From Eledone cirrhosa (Eukaryota): a stretch of DNA of 64,000 bases. The notes beneath the pieces were generated by a model. That model ran no database searches. It saw only the letters and a list, made by a program, of their open reading frames with translations, and was not told where the DNA came from. The stretch's first letter is position 1, and each line of letters opens with the position of its first letter. Below are positions 37,776-56,074 of this stretch, piece by piece. Position numbers and translations under genes: made by a program. The stretch covers positions 101,308,001-101,372,000 of the forward strand of contig OZ024742.1 in assembly GCA_964016885.1 (NCBI GenBank), read 5' to 3'.

Positions 37776-38175
37776 TTAAAGAACTACAACGTGCAATCCA
37801 AGAGCACATTGGCCTGGAGAGTGACACGTAAGAATAACATTAGCTCTGGATGCAATGTCGGTGACAAACTCATTTGTTGCCTCTTGTAAAGAAATAGGGA
37901 CATCTGAATAATTGTCAAGAAGGGCTTTCACTGCAGAAAGTCGTGTTAGCCATCGAGTAGGGCACACAGGTGTTAAGGAGCGTGGTGACGATACTTCATT
38001 TTCTTCATCATGTTGTGATAAATACGCGTGCTTAAATTTCCCTGATGTACTATATAGTTTCCGCAATTCATTCACGTAATCTAGAACAGTTTTGATAAGT
38101 GAAGCTTGTTGTACGGACTTAGCTATAATAAGTTGAGAAATATGAATGCCGCAGTGCACGTAATGGGCCAAACCA
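37776..38175 (-). mobile_element. hAT transposase fragment (Tip100/ZMYM1-like)
   Basis: YVHCGIHISQL (CxxH) and VCPTRW..R..AV motifs. Confidence 0.8.
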
Positions 38176-38580
38176 AGTTATGTTAGAATCTTTAAAAAGA
38201 TCTTTAAAAAATACCCGTACAAATTAAATACAAAAAAAGTTTTAGTCCAAACTATTTCAAATTATATATTTTTGAAAAATAGACATGAATGTTCTCAAAG
38301 ACTTGATTTCAGTCGAAAAAGCTTTTTTTTAAATTCTATTTTTCACTGTTAGCTGTTGTAATATTTTGACTGGATAAACAATTCTACAATTCAAACTGTA
38401 AAGTCAAAATATGAAGAATGTCTTACTTTTCTCTGAAATCACAAACTCAGGGGAAAACTAGTACCTTGCAAAATAAAATACCTCGTAGCAAAATAAAATA
38501 CTTAGCAATGAATGAATTGAGAAGCTTGGTGACAGTGAGAAAGTAGTATTTGTATCCCTTATATATATATACATAGATAG

Positions 38581-38712
<132 letters not shown>

Positions 38713-38759
38713 GATGAATTCCATGTCTGCTACCTTAATTCCCTCAAGCTAAGTTATTA

Positions 38760-41381
38760 CTATTCCTACATGAAAGACTGGTTAATCTTCATATATAACT
38801 TGTCCCGACTTGGTTAATTAATGACAGTATTTGTGTTTTTCATTGCAATTGTGTTTATTACAAAGCGTTATTCCAGAACATTACTTGAAACTTTATCATA
38901 CTGGAACAGGACTCGTTATAGTAAGTTCCTTATACATAATTTTATAGGCTTATATAGGCAAATCTCTACGTAATTTTACCAAACACATTCGATAAACAGA
39001 AAATGACCTCACCAATGAAGAAAAAATGCAGGCAGTACAGCGTTGATTACTTACGGTTCTGATTCATCCAATCGCCGTCGAACCACCTGACACCCATGTG
39101 TTTAATTTGCAAGGAGTCCTTTTCGAATGAGGCGATGAAGCCATCGCGTTTGAGTAGACACCTGGAGGTGAGGCACCCCGATAAGAGATATAAAGATTTA
39201 GCATACTTTCAGTCTCTTAGGGACCAATTTCAGAAAACAACACAAATTTCTTCTGCCTTTTCAAAAGTTGAAGCTTCAAATGTTGATGGACTTGTCTCAT
39301 CTTACAATATTGCCAACATAATCGCAAAGTGTGGCAAGCCCCATTCCTTGGGTGAAACATTGGTAGCTCCTGTCATCTCAGAAGTTCTTTCAACAGTACT
39401 ACATCAGAACCCGTTAAAGACCTTGAAATGTATTCCGTTGAGTAACGACTCAATAGAGAGACGCATCGACGAAATGGCGGAAAATGTTGAACAAAAATTA
39501 TGCAACATCTTGAAATCGACACAATTTGTTTTGCAACTTGATGAAAGCACACTTTCCGGGAATCAGTCCTTACTACTGGGATAGGTGCGATTTTTCCACC
39601 AAAACGAAATGCACGAGGAGCTTCTCTTCACTCTGAATCTAGCCACAGATACTAAAGGTGCCACCATCTTTGAATCTGTCAAGTGATACCTCGAAGAAAA
39701 AGAGATACCTCTTAACAATATTGTATCATGTGCTACGGACGGCGCAAGAGCAATGGTCGGCTAACATAAGGGTTTCGTCTCTCTTCTGAAGAGAGGAAAT
39801 CTATCTGTATTTGTTGTTCATTGTGTCATTCATCAACAACACTTAGTTGTGAAGAAACTCAGCAAGCCACTGAGCAAGTCCTTCCAGGTGGCCCTTGATG
39901 TCATCAATTTTATCAAACGGCATTCCCTCAATGAACGAATTTTCCGGCAACTGTGCGAAGATAATGACGAAGAATTCGTCGAGTTGCTCCTTCATACTGA
40001 AGTGAGGTGGCTTTCAAAGTGCAAGTGCCTTACTCGCTTCTTTGAACTGTTCGACTCTATCATTGAGTTTCTTCGAGAACGCAACACAGAATTGTATTAA
40101 AAAAATCTCGATGTGAAGCAAAACTGCGCCTACCTCGCCGACATCTTCGACAAATGCAATAGCCTCATTATGGCTTTGCCGGGGGAGAAGATCACCTTGT
40201 TTAAAGCAAGGAATGCTGTGAAAATATTCCTGGCCAAATTGAAAGTCATCGAAAGGAATCTTTGTTGACGGGAATTCTATAATTTTCCTAGTGTCGCCAA
40301 TGTTCAAAACATTGCGAGCGATGACCAACTCCAAATTTATACCGCGTACCTCCGTGCACTACAAGACAACATGAGAGAACGGTTTGTCGACCTTTTGCAG
40401 ATGGACATCCCAATGGGGATAGCAGATCCCTTCATAGCTAACTTCGACGATTTGGACGTTAAATTTCAAGAAGAATTAATTGAACTTCAGACAGATGACA
40501 TTATCAAAATTAAATTTTCCAAAATAGGTGAACCCCTTTTTTGGATGCAAGAGGAAATTCAGCGTCGATTTCCACTCCTACATGCAGAGGCTAAGAGATT
40601 TACTTTGCCTTTTCCTAGCTCATACTTAGTCGAGAGGCGGCTTGGCGCTGTTTCCAGACTGCACAGTAAGGCTCGCAACCGCTACAATGTGATTGCACGT
40701 GGAGATCTCCGGCTACATCTTACGAAAATCCAGCCTGACGTCAAAGAGTTAGCTAAACTCCATGAAGCTCAAGGGTCCCATTGAAACGAGGTCAAAGTAA
40801 GTCGATTTTTTATTTGTAGTTGCAGTCTGACTGAACTGGAAACCATCTACCACAATTCACTTACTCATTTGTTGTATATATTTTACCGTTTACTAATGAA
40901 TATACCTTCTTACGTAGTCATGAAAACCCTCTTCCGTGGTCTCTAAGCTCACAAAGCGGAGGGGACATCAAGTTAGATATCAACATTTATTCTGTCCGTT
41001 TCATTAAAGGGAAAATTGGAAAGCTTTGAAATAATACAATTGCCACTTTCTTCCAGATAAGAGCACTCTTTGGATAGACAGAGTTGCTCTTGTATAAATG
41101 TTCAAAATAGCTGGTATCGTCTGGTGGGAATATAACAAATTCAACTGGTCCTTATTCATAGAAAAGAACATTTATGTTCCTTTTTTTGAAATTGATATAC
41201 TTCTTTACAAGGAATGTATTTATACTCTCAGCTGCCTGCAATGGTATCTTTGGAATATCGTTAATCAATTTTTTAGTAATCTACTGATATCGAAATCAGT
41301 AGTATATTGAAAAATGGAAAAATAGGGTAGGGAGCGTTTTGTGATTTCGAGCGTTTAGCCGAAATGGGTTGAGGACCTTTG
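38760..41381 (+). mobile_element. hAT Charlie/Buster-type DNA transposon (left end not resolved)
   Basis: Transposase remnant; right TIR-like GGTTGAGGACCTTTG followed by GTCTAG (NTCTAGAN-type target). Confidence 0.75.
39003..40784 (+). pseudogene. Buster/Charlie-type hAT transposase (ZBED5/SCAND3-like) with several nonsense codons in a single frame
   Basis: KKCRQYS.DYL.F*F, BED finger CLIC...MKPSRL.RHL...H, LQLDES, CATDGA, HC..H, HTEVRWLS, FPSSYLVER, GDLRL.LT.IQP...QGSH*. Confidence 0.93.
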
Positions 41382-42029
41382 GTCTAGTGGTAGGGCTTTT
41401 TTCACTTAAAGAAGCTTCTAATACAGGCATAACTTGATCTGATGCATGGGTGGTAGTAGCCGAGAGGGGCTTTTATTATTCTTTCGTTGCAGCATATGCA
41501 ACAAGGAATGTAAGTCCTTGGCAGGGCTAAAAGGTCACGTTCGTGCCACTCATGTGTGAGAAGAGGATCAAGTGATGGCAATTCTCGAAAGTGAGATGCA
41601 GCCCCCCCCCCCCCCCCCCACCATCACCACCACCACCACCACCACCACCACCACCACACACACAATCGCAGTCATGTCATTCACTAAAAAGTTAGCTTTC
41701 CAATAATAAAATCATGTATTCTAAACCTACATTTGTTCCTGCAAGTAAATATTTCTCCAAAGTTACTTTTCATTTAATTCTGTATGTCATTTGTATATAT
41801 ATGCTGAATATGTATGTAATTATATTTTATATGTAATCACGTTCACGTCTCAGCAATCGGCCTAAACCCTAGGCTTCGATTACCAGAGGCAACCCAGCCG
41901 CCCTTCTCTACCAATAGAAGGTGGTGGTTCGATTTTCACTATAGATTCAGCTGACATCCGGATGCATCCGACACACAGCTCTTCGGCACACGCCTACAAA
42001 TCTGTAATGTATAGACACTAATTAATAAC

Positions 42030-42390
42030 ATGCAGGACGGTTTCGTCGCCCAACCTGCACCTTGAGCAGGTTCGACTGTTGGCACTTCCGTACCTGTAGA
42101 GCCTGTCTTGAAGAGGTAATGTTCCTTTGTAGCACTGCCAGGCCAAGGATTTTAAAAATTCTCCATAGATCTCCAGAAGAATTTACTCAGACTGTCCTCG
42201 ATAATGTCCAGAGTGGTTCCTAAGCTATCGTCGCCTATTCTCTCTACTAGCCCTCTGTAGACAGCGAGATTTGTTTTCTGGTCACTGATTGTTTTGTCCA
42301 GTAGGTAGTGCCGTGAATGCCCGATAGTTTACTAGATACCAAATACCCATCATCAGTCTGAGCTTAACCCAGTATACCGACTTACAAAGG
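42030..42390 (-). mobile_element. Older Tx1-like LINE fragment
   Basis: Homologous to ~33090-33460 (GCAGGACGGTTTCGTC...GTAGCACTGCCAGGCCA.GGATTT). Confidence 0.75.
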
Positions 42391-44231
42391 ATGGTATATT
42401 GTAAAATCATTGCTTAGAATTATGGATGATAAGCAATTAGAATATTTCTTTATACCGCTCAATTTGCATGGGGAATTAACTTTTAACATTAATTTCTCAC
42501 ATTCTATGGGAGATATATTGATCATAATTCAAACAGCATATCGCACCTTGCATCTCTTTGTAAACGTGGCACCTCATTTTCATGGGGAGTCTATCAACAA
42601 CAACAACAACAACAACAACAACAGCAGCAGCAGCAGCAGCAGCAGCAGGAGCAAAACAATAACAACATTTTATCATTTAAAACTGGATAAGCTCTGACAT
42701 GAAGCAGGTAATCATCTTAAGTAACCTCAATAGCATTTAAATCTGACGCAGCTTCCCAACATTAAACATAACAATGGCATTATACAGTCGATAATTTTTC
42801 GTTCTCTTTTGCCGCCTATCATGTTGTCATTCCTTTTATTTCAAATATATTAATACCATTTCAAAATCGTGGATATCTTTATTTGTATTTTCGTCTGCAT
42901 CAATGAAATAGAAATATAGATTTCTGATCCAGGGGATTAATTAAAACAGTGCCATGCCCCGTATTGAATAATCAGTAGCCCAGTACATAATCTGTCATTT
43001 TTTCATTTTAAAAGGGAAAATAATTGTTTCTACTTTTAGCACAAATTATGAAAATGGGATAGGAAAGGAATAGTGAAGGGAAGAAAGAAAAAATATTTGA
43101 AAGAAATACAAGTAAACGAAGAGAAATAAAGATGGAAAGAATCGATATGGTGACTAGAAAGAAAAATAAGAAAATTAATTTTAAAAAAAACAAACTAGAA
43201 AGGAATCAAAAGTAAATATAACACAAGAAAGAAAGTTGGAAGTGAAATAAGAGACGATGAAAACAAAGAAAATAGACTACAAAGGAAGAAATGGAAAACG
43301 AAAGGAAAACAAAGTTTAAAGAGGTATATGAATAACGAAAAACAAACAGAAAAGCAAGAAGAAAAAATGAATTACTAAAATAAGAAAACGACAGACGGGG
43401 AAGAAGGAGAAGGAGGCCAGAAAATATAATAAGGAAATGGAAAGAATACAGAATAGATGTGAATGGAAAATAGATTGCAAGAGCCAAGCAAGATTACAAA
43501 AGAAATTCAGCAAAATAGGAAAGAAAATGAATTAATAAGGAAGGGGAGAATCAAGGAAACAATAAAAATAGGTGAAAGAAAAAGATAACAAAAAGATTGG
43601 ACATAAGCTATTCTATTCCGTTTGAGGTGAAATATTATATCAGCTTCTTTATATCAGATTGAGGGTGTAGAGATTCGTATTTCGTTAGTGAAACACAGCT
43701 GTACTTTTGTATCAACTCCACTACTGACTATATCACGTGTCGCACTGACTGAAGATTGTCAGACTACTTCTCATCTTTGCTGCTACCGGTTCGAACTTAG
43801 TGCCCTTTGTATTTCTCCACTTACCGTTTATCCTCAGGTAAAACTGATTTAATATTTTATTCATTCAGCTTTTCTAATTTTTTTCTCTATACAATATTTG
43901 TACTGAATTTATGCATATGTTGTATATATATTTATACTAAATTACACAATTTTCTTTTATTTTTAAATGCAAGCTCTCCTTGTATAATTATGATTGTTTT
44001 TGTCGAGACTTTTAAAGCACTACATGTGTACAGTTAATTATATAACCCTGCTCACTTAAGTTTACAGTTTTTGTGTAGAATTCATAATATAGTTAAAACT
44101 CTTTCGTTTCCATATTTCTAATTACATACACTGTATTTCAGTTAATGAATTTGAAGGGGTGAACTAAAATGAGATATTTGTTAGAAGATTGAAATTTAAA
44201 TAGGAACGCTTTAAATTTGGTGGTATTATTT

Positions 44232-44335
44232 CCGAGGTTGACTTTGCCTTTCATCCTTACGGGGTCGATAAAATAAAGTACCAGTAATGCACTCTGGGTA
44301 ATTGCTGGCCTTGTGCCTAAAGTAGAAACAATTAT
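44232..44335 (+). mobile_element. Meta-domain SINE, 5'-truncated
   Basis: Matches 2203-2301. Confidence 0.85.
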
Positions 44336-45652
44336 TTCATAGAACCTAAGCCGGTTTTAACTAGATTAATAAAAAAAGTAGACTATTCAAGGCTACATTT
44401 AAATTCAAGAGCCTGAGGTTTCGGGCGCAAGAGCACTTTTTTTAATTTTTTTAAATTTTTTTTAAAAGCATTATCACAGACATAATTCGTAGAAATCGCA
44501 GCCAGTTCAATCAACCCTAATAATACCTTTCAAGAAAGATAGATAAAAAGCGAAGATTCCTGGCAAGATCCCAGTGATCGAGAGGTGTACATAACCTAAT
44601 ACCGGCGAATCTATCCCACTCGCACCCACCACTGAACTATAATAATTTTATGGAAAAGGAAATGAAAAATCGTGTGGTGTCATTCATGTCTTTCCTAGGA
44701 GCATTAATGGTGCTTATTTTAACGAAGCCTCACTGAAGGGTTCACGAAGGTCTCTTTTTCGTATTTTCATTTGTACCTATTTCCTCCTTTCTATCTTCAA
44801 TCTTTATTCATACATGGTTCATCCCACCTCTACTCTTCCTAAATCACTCTATGTATGCTAGGGCTGGAGAGGCTTTCATATCCCTTTGGAAGGAGGAGGC
44901 GTATATAATAAACATAGTTAGCATAATGTTTAATCGTCTAGACATTTTTTTTCTGTTCGTCTTCAATGATGAATCTATTGGTTTATGTGCGGTTGGGTGT
45001 CTCCTACCCAACTGCACATTTAAAGAAAGAGAGAGAGATAGTCGTGTATCAGATTGGTTTGCGTTTTTATGGATATTATTGACTATAAATCTTTGAGGAA
45101 AATGAAAATATTTCGTCTCTGCTCATTTACATACACACATGTGCCGGCTAGATACGCAATGCATTCGGTGAATCGGACGGGATATTTTCATTTTGTTCAA
45201 GGGAGATCTGTTGCCATTGATACGTTTTAATCTATTATATTCCCCTTTTCTTGTGCGCCCTTGTGGCAAATAAAGAAATATATATTTCATTTATCTGTAA
45301 ATTTACATGAATCTGTGAGATTTATAACTGGGTTTACGTGGCTACATATTTCTAGGAGTTTCTCCCAAGTTGTTTGAAACCAAATTTACATACATACATC
45401 TGAGTAACTAAACGTCGTTATCCATAATTTGATTTTTAAGGACTGTTCTTGTGTGCGCTCGCATTTTGATAAAATAGATTCAAGTCCCTCTTAATTTCAA
45501 TGTAGCCTTAAGACAACTAGAACTCGTTTTAAAACTCTGGTTATATGTATATATATATATATATATATAATATATATATATATATATGCTTGTGTGTGTG
45601 TGATCCTGCTTAGGGTGAGAGCAGAAATTCATTGCTTAAACTTTTATATATA

Positions 45653-45726
45653 TAAAAAACCCTACCAGAATCGTAACGGTATATATATATATATATATAC
45701 CGTTACGATTCTGGTAGGGTTTTTTA
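45653..45726. repeat. 74-bp perfect palindrome centred on (TA)10
   Basis: TAAAAAACCCTACCAGAATCGTAACGG-(TA)10-CCGTTACGATTCTGGTAGGGTTTTTTA. Confidence 0.95.
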
Positions 45727-46171
45727 ACAATACTACAGGTAGGGGCTGTCGCCGATCCAGTTCGTTTTCAAACCTAGTAACCACCTCTTTTCCGGAGAAA
45801 GGCATGAAGGTCATATAATCTCAGCACTCACCCACCTCTTTCCTACAGTGAGATGTTGTTGCAGCTGTGACGTCAGTTTTAATTGTAAGCCGTTTTTATA
45901 TCATAAAAATTATATATAATAGGGCAAATATATACAATACTGAATAGGTGGAAACTTCTAGATCTCATTCAAACTTGTAGTCGAAAAATATATGTAATTA
46001 TAACAGATGTGACAATTGTCCCGTAGAAATTTTGTACAATTTGGGGTACCGCATGAGTTCAGCGATGCTGAATGATTTTATTTTATTTTATTTTTTTAAC
46101 ACCTGCTATTAGTCTTTAAAGGATATTTATGAACCGAAGATACCTTAGGCTAAGAACACTTTTCAATCGGG

Positions 46172-47285
46172 ATATTATATATATATATATTATATATATT
46201 ATATATTATATATATATATTATTTATATATTATATATATATTATTTATATATTATATATAAATGAGAGGTATAGAGATTGTTTTAGCATATATATATTAT
46301 ATATTATATATATATTATATATATTATATATTATATATATTATATATATATAATATATAATATATTATATATTATATATTATATATTATATATATATTAT
46401 ATATATTATATTATATATATTATATATTATAATATATAATATATGTATTATATGTGTATATATATATTATATATATATTATTATATATATATTATATATA
46501 TATTATTATATATTATTATATATATATATTATTATATATTATTATATATATTATATATTATTATATATATATTATATATATATTATATATTATTATATAT
46601 ATATTATATATTATTATATATATATTATATATTATTATATATTATTATATATATATTATATATTATTATATATTATTATATATATATATTATATATATTA
46701 TATATTATTATATATATATTATATATTATTATATATATATTATTATATATATATTATTATATATATATTATATATTATTATATATATATTATTATTTATA
46801 TATTATTATATATATTATATATTATATATATTATATATTATTATATATATTATATATATATTATTATATATATATTATATATATATTATTATATATATTA
46901 TATATATTATATATATATTATTATATATATATATATTATATATATATTATATATATATTATATATATTATATATATATATTATATATATATTATTTATAT
47001 ATATATATATATTATATATATATATTATTTATATATATATATTATATATATATATTATTTATATATATATATTATATATATATATTATTTATATTATATA
47101 TATATATTATTTATATTTATATATATTATATATTATTTATATATATATATATATATTATTTATATTTATATATATTATATATTATTTATATATATTATAT
47201 ATATTATTTATATATATTATATATATATATTATTTATATATATTATATATATATATATTATATATATATTATATATATTATATTA

Positions 47286-47348
<63 letters not shown>

Positions 47349-47644
47349 ATATTATATATATATATTATATATATATATATATTATATATTATATATATTA
47401 TATATATATTATATATATATATATTATATATATATATTATATATATATTATATTATATATATTATATATATATTATATTATATATATTATATATATATAT
47501 TATATTTATATATATTATATTATATTATATATATATATATTATATTTATATATATTATATATATATATTATATATATATTATATTATATATATTATATAT
47601 ATATTATATTATATATATTATATATATATATTATATATATATAT

Positions 47645-47676
<32 letters not shown>

Positions 47677-47833
47677 ATATATTATATATATATATATATT
47701 ATATATATATATATATTATATATATATATATATTATATATATATATATATATTATATATATATATATATTATATATATATATATATATTATATATATATA
47801 TATATTATATATATATATATATTATATTATATA

Positions 47834-47872
<39 letters not shown>

Positions 47873-47901
47873 TATATATATATATTATATATATATTATA
47901 T

Positions 47902-47936
<35 letters not shown>

Positions 47937-49305
47937 ATATATATATATTATATATATATATATTATATATATATATTATATATATATTATATATATATAT
48001 ATTATATTATATAAATATTATAATTATATTATATATATATATTATATTTATATTATATTTATATTATATTTATATTATATATATTATATTATATATATTA
48101 TATTATATATATATATTATATATTTATATTATATATATTATATTATATATTTATATTATATATTTATATTATATATATTTTATATATTTATATTATATAT
48201 TTATATTATATATTTATATTATATATATTATATATATTATATTATATTATATATTTATATTATATATATTATATTATATTATATATTATATTATATATTA
48301 TATTATATATATTATATATATATTATATTATATATATATTATATTATATATATATTATATTATATATATATTATATTATATATATATTATATTATATATA
48401 TATTATATTATATATATATTATATTATATATATATTATATATATATTATATATATATTATATATATATGATATATATATGATATATATTATATATATATG
48501 ATATATATTATATATATATTATATATATGTTATATATATTATATATATATAATATAATGTTATATATATTATATATATATGTTATATATATTATATTATA
48601 TATATATGTTATATATATTATATTATATATATATATTATATTATATATATATTATGTATATTATATTATATTATATATATATTATATTATATTATATATA
48701 TATTATATATATTATATATATATTATATATATATATTATATTATATATTATATATATATATTATATTATATATTATATATATATATTATATATATTATAT
48801 ATATTATATATATTATATATATTATATATATTATATATATATATATTATATATTATTATTATATATATATATTATTATATATATTATATATATATATATT
48901 ATATATATTATATTATATTATATATATATTATATATTATATATATTATATTATATTATATATATATTATATATATATTATATATATATATTATATATTAT
49001 ATATATTATATTATATTATATATATATTATATATATATTATATATATATATTATATATATATATTATATATATATTATATATATATATTATATATATATA
49101 TTATATATATATATTATATATATATATTATATATATATATTATATATATATATTATATATATATATTATATATATATATTATATATATATATTATATATA
49201 TATATTATATATATATATATTATATATATATATATTATATATATATATATTATATATATATATTATATATATATATATTATATATATATATTATATATAA
49301 ATTAT
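46172..49305. repeat. Degenerate (TA)n/TATTA array, ~3.1 kb
   Basis: Almost pure A/T alternation with frequent doubled T. Confidence 0.95.
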
Positions 49306-50195
49306 ATCATCATCATCATCATTTTACGTCCGCTTTTCCCTGCTTGCAAGGGTGGGACGGGTCTTATTCAGCACAGCATCTCTCCACTCGTCACGGTCCC
49401 TCGTCATCTCCACCGTGAGCTTCAATGATCTGAGGTCTGTTCTCACCACCTCCGCCCATGTTTTTCGTGGTCTACCTCTACCACGTCTTCCTTCAACTGG
49501 CATTTCCTGGCACTTCTTCACCCATCGGTCATCCTCCATGCGCATCACATGTCCATACCACCTCAGTCTCCTCTCCCGTACACTACATTCTATCCCTCTC
49601 AGACACAGTTTCTCTCTCAACACATTTATGCTGGGTCGTTCACGCACATTTACACTGCACATCCAACGGAGCATGCTTGCCTCATTTCTCTCCAGCCGTC
49701 GCATATCTTCTGCGGTAGCTGCCCATGTCTCACTACCATGCAGCATCGCGCTCCTCACACAGGCATCATACAACCGGCCTTTCGTACGCAGGGAGAAACC
49801 CTTCGTCAACAGAGGAAGCAGCTCCCTAAACTTCTTCCAACCCGTCCTTATTCTAGATACTATGGCCTCGGAACACCCTCCTCCCATGCTAATCTGATCT
49901 CCTAGGTACCGGAAGCTATCCACCACTTCTATAGCGCCCTCTCGCATTTGAAAACTGTGTCTATCAGTGCGACTTCTACTGTCTAATTTCCCTGTACATC
50001 TACTGCATACATATTTCTCCCTACCTGTTAGTTTGCCTGCTATCCCGCTACATCTCTTGTGTACCCAGGACCTACATTGTGTGCATTTTATAGAATTTAT
50101 GCCAGTTCCTTTTCTGCATATCGAACATGGCCATTTCCCTGACGGAATCAGGGTTTTGTCCTCTTTTCTACTCATCAACACTTTTGTCTTAGCTA
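49306..50195 (-). mobile_element. 3' portion of an RTE-clade LINE with a PHD-like finger and (GAT)n tail
   Basis: KTKVLMS, CSIC...C..C..WVH..C...C..C, VDSFRYLG, MLHGSETW, RRLRWYGHVMRM, GRGRPRKTW, DRDEWR. Confidence 0.93.
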
Positions 50196-50385
50196 TATTA
50201 TATATATATTATATATAGAGCTGGTCTATTCCGTATGGTCAATCGTAATGCAATAATATAGAGAGTACTCAACGTAAAGCAGTTCAACCGTCTTTGTTTT
50301 TGTAGTTGGTGGTGCTATTACGGAGTTAAATATTATAATGAAATGACAGGAGGCTGGATTTGTGTAAATCCTTGAAAGGTTTATT

Positions 50386-50443
50386 ATACTATGATCATTT
50401 CAATGACCGGGTTCCGTATGAATCCGGTGATATCATCAGGTAT
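50386..50443 (-). ncRNA. Minimal type I hammerhead ribozyme (left arm)
   Basis: ATAC-CTGATGA-TATCACCGG...CCGGTCATT-GAAA-TGATCA (palindrome)-TA-GTAT, then AATAAA. Confidence 0.8.
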
Positions 50444-50577
50444 TCGAAATATAATACGTGAATGTAATAGGTAAAATCCATGGGGCTGAAAATCGAGACC
50501 CGAGGGCGACCGCTATTCTGTTCCTTCAACCTCAGCCGGTCGTCCAATACCTATTACATTCACGTATTATATTTCGA

Positions 50578-50635
50578 ATACCTGATGATATCACCGGATT
50601 CATACGGAACCCGGTCATTGAAAGGATCATAGTAT
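50578..50635 (+). ncRNA. Minimal type I hammerhead ribozyme (right arm; stem III T->G)
   Basis: ATAC-CTGATGA-...-GAAA-GGATCA-TA-GTAT-AATAAA. Confidence 0.75.
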
Positions 50636-50687
50636 AATAAACCTTTCAAGGATTTACACAAATCCAGCCTCCTGTCATTTCATTATA

Positions 50688-55490
<4,803 letters not shown>

Positions 55491-55531
55491 TAAATAACAA
55501 AGAACGCCTATAGCATATGCATGTCTTTACT

Positions 55532-55577
55532 TGCTAACATTGTTTCATCCGCACTATAAGTGGGACTCATCAGAGCA
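55532..55577 (-). ncRNA. Minimal type I hammerhead ribozyme
   Basis: TGCT-CTGATGA-GTCCCACT-TAT-AGTGCGGAT-GAAA-CAATG-TT-AGCA. Confidence 0.82.
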
Positions 55578-55891
55578 TAAAGGTTAATTACATACCATAC
55601 AAGCAATAACAAATCCAAGACATTGAAGAATGAAAAATAATAATAGACGATAAAGGATATTAAGGAAGTAAAAGTAAAGATAAAGATAAAAATAAAAATA
55701 AAAATAAGATAATAAAATAAACAATGAAAATAAGCAATGGAAAATAAGGGGTGCTATCAGTCACAGTTGGGCGGGGTGCTGTCAACATATAGTTACATAC
55801 AAGCATACACATGGATAAGAGAACAACAAGAGTAGATAAGATAGATAGGATTAGGTAAGAGTAGGTAAAAAGTAGGTGAAAAACAGACTTT

Positions 55892-56074
55892 TGGCGGCAG
55901 GTTGCTAAATCCCATCCATATACTCCTCATAATAGAGTATGTAACCTATGCCTTGCCGAATCCCACTCTATTATATTTGCTAAATGCCCTCTACTAAATA
56001 GAAAGTCTGAAATATTTTCCTCTTGCCCCCACCGAATATTAAGCTCTTTCTTCTACTTTAAACCTGTTAGCTAG
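55892..56074 (+). mobile_element. C-terminal fragment of a second Neptune-type PLE ORF
   Basis: WRQVAKSHPY...CNLCLAE...LLNRKSEIFSSCPHR...*, same pattern as 27930-28117 but divergent; not in the ORF track. Confidence 0.85.

Larger units (their letters stand above)
50334..50687. mobile_element. 354-bp non-coding element with 140-bp inverted arms (1 mismatch) and a 74-bp spacer, each arm carrying a hammerhead
   Basis: 50334-50473 is the reverse complement of 50548-50687; the right end abuts a (TA)n array. Confidence 0.85.

Noticed and set aside
39096-40784. Domesticated ZBED5/SCAND3-type host gene
   Set aside because: Multiple in-frame stops and a TIR-like end indicate a dead transposon copy.
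46443-49418. Long ORFs (523, 675, 257, 279 aa) and the many [16 protein letters not shown] ORFs elsewhere
   Set aside because: They are translations of microsatellites that lack stop codons, with no coding signal.
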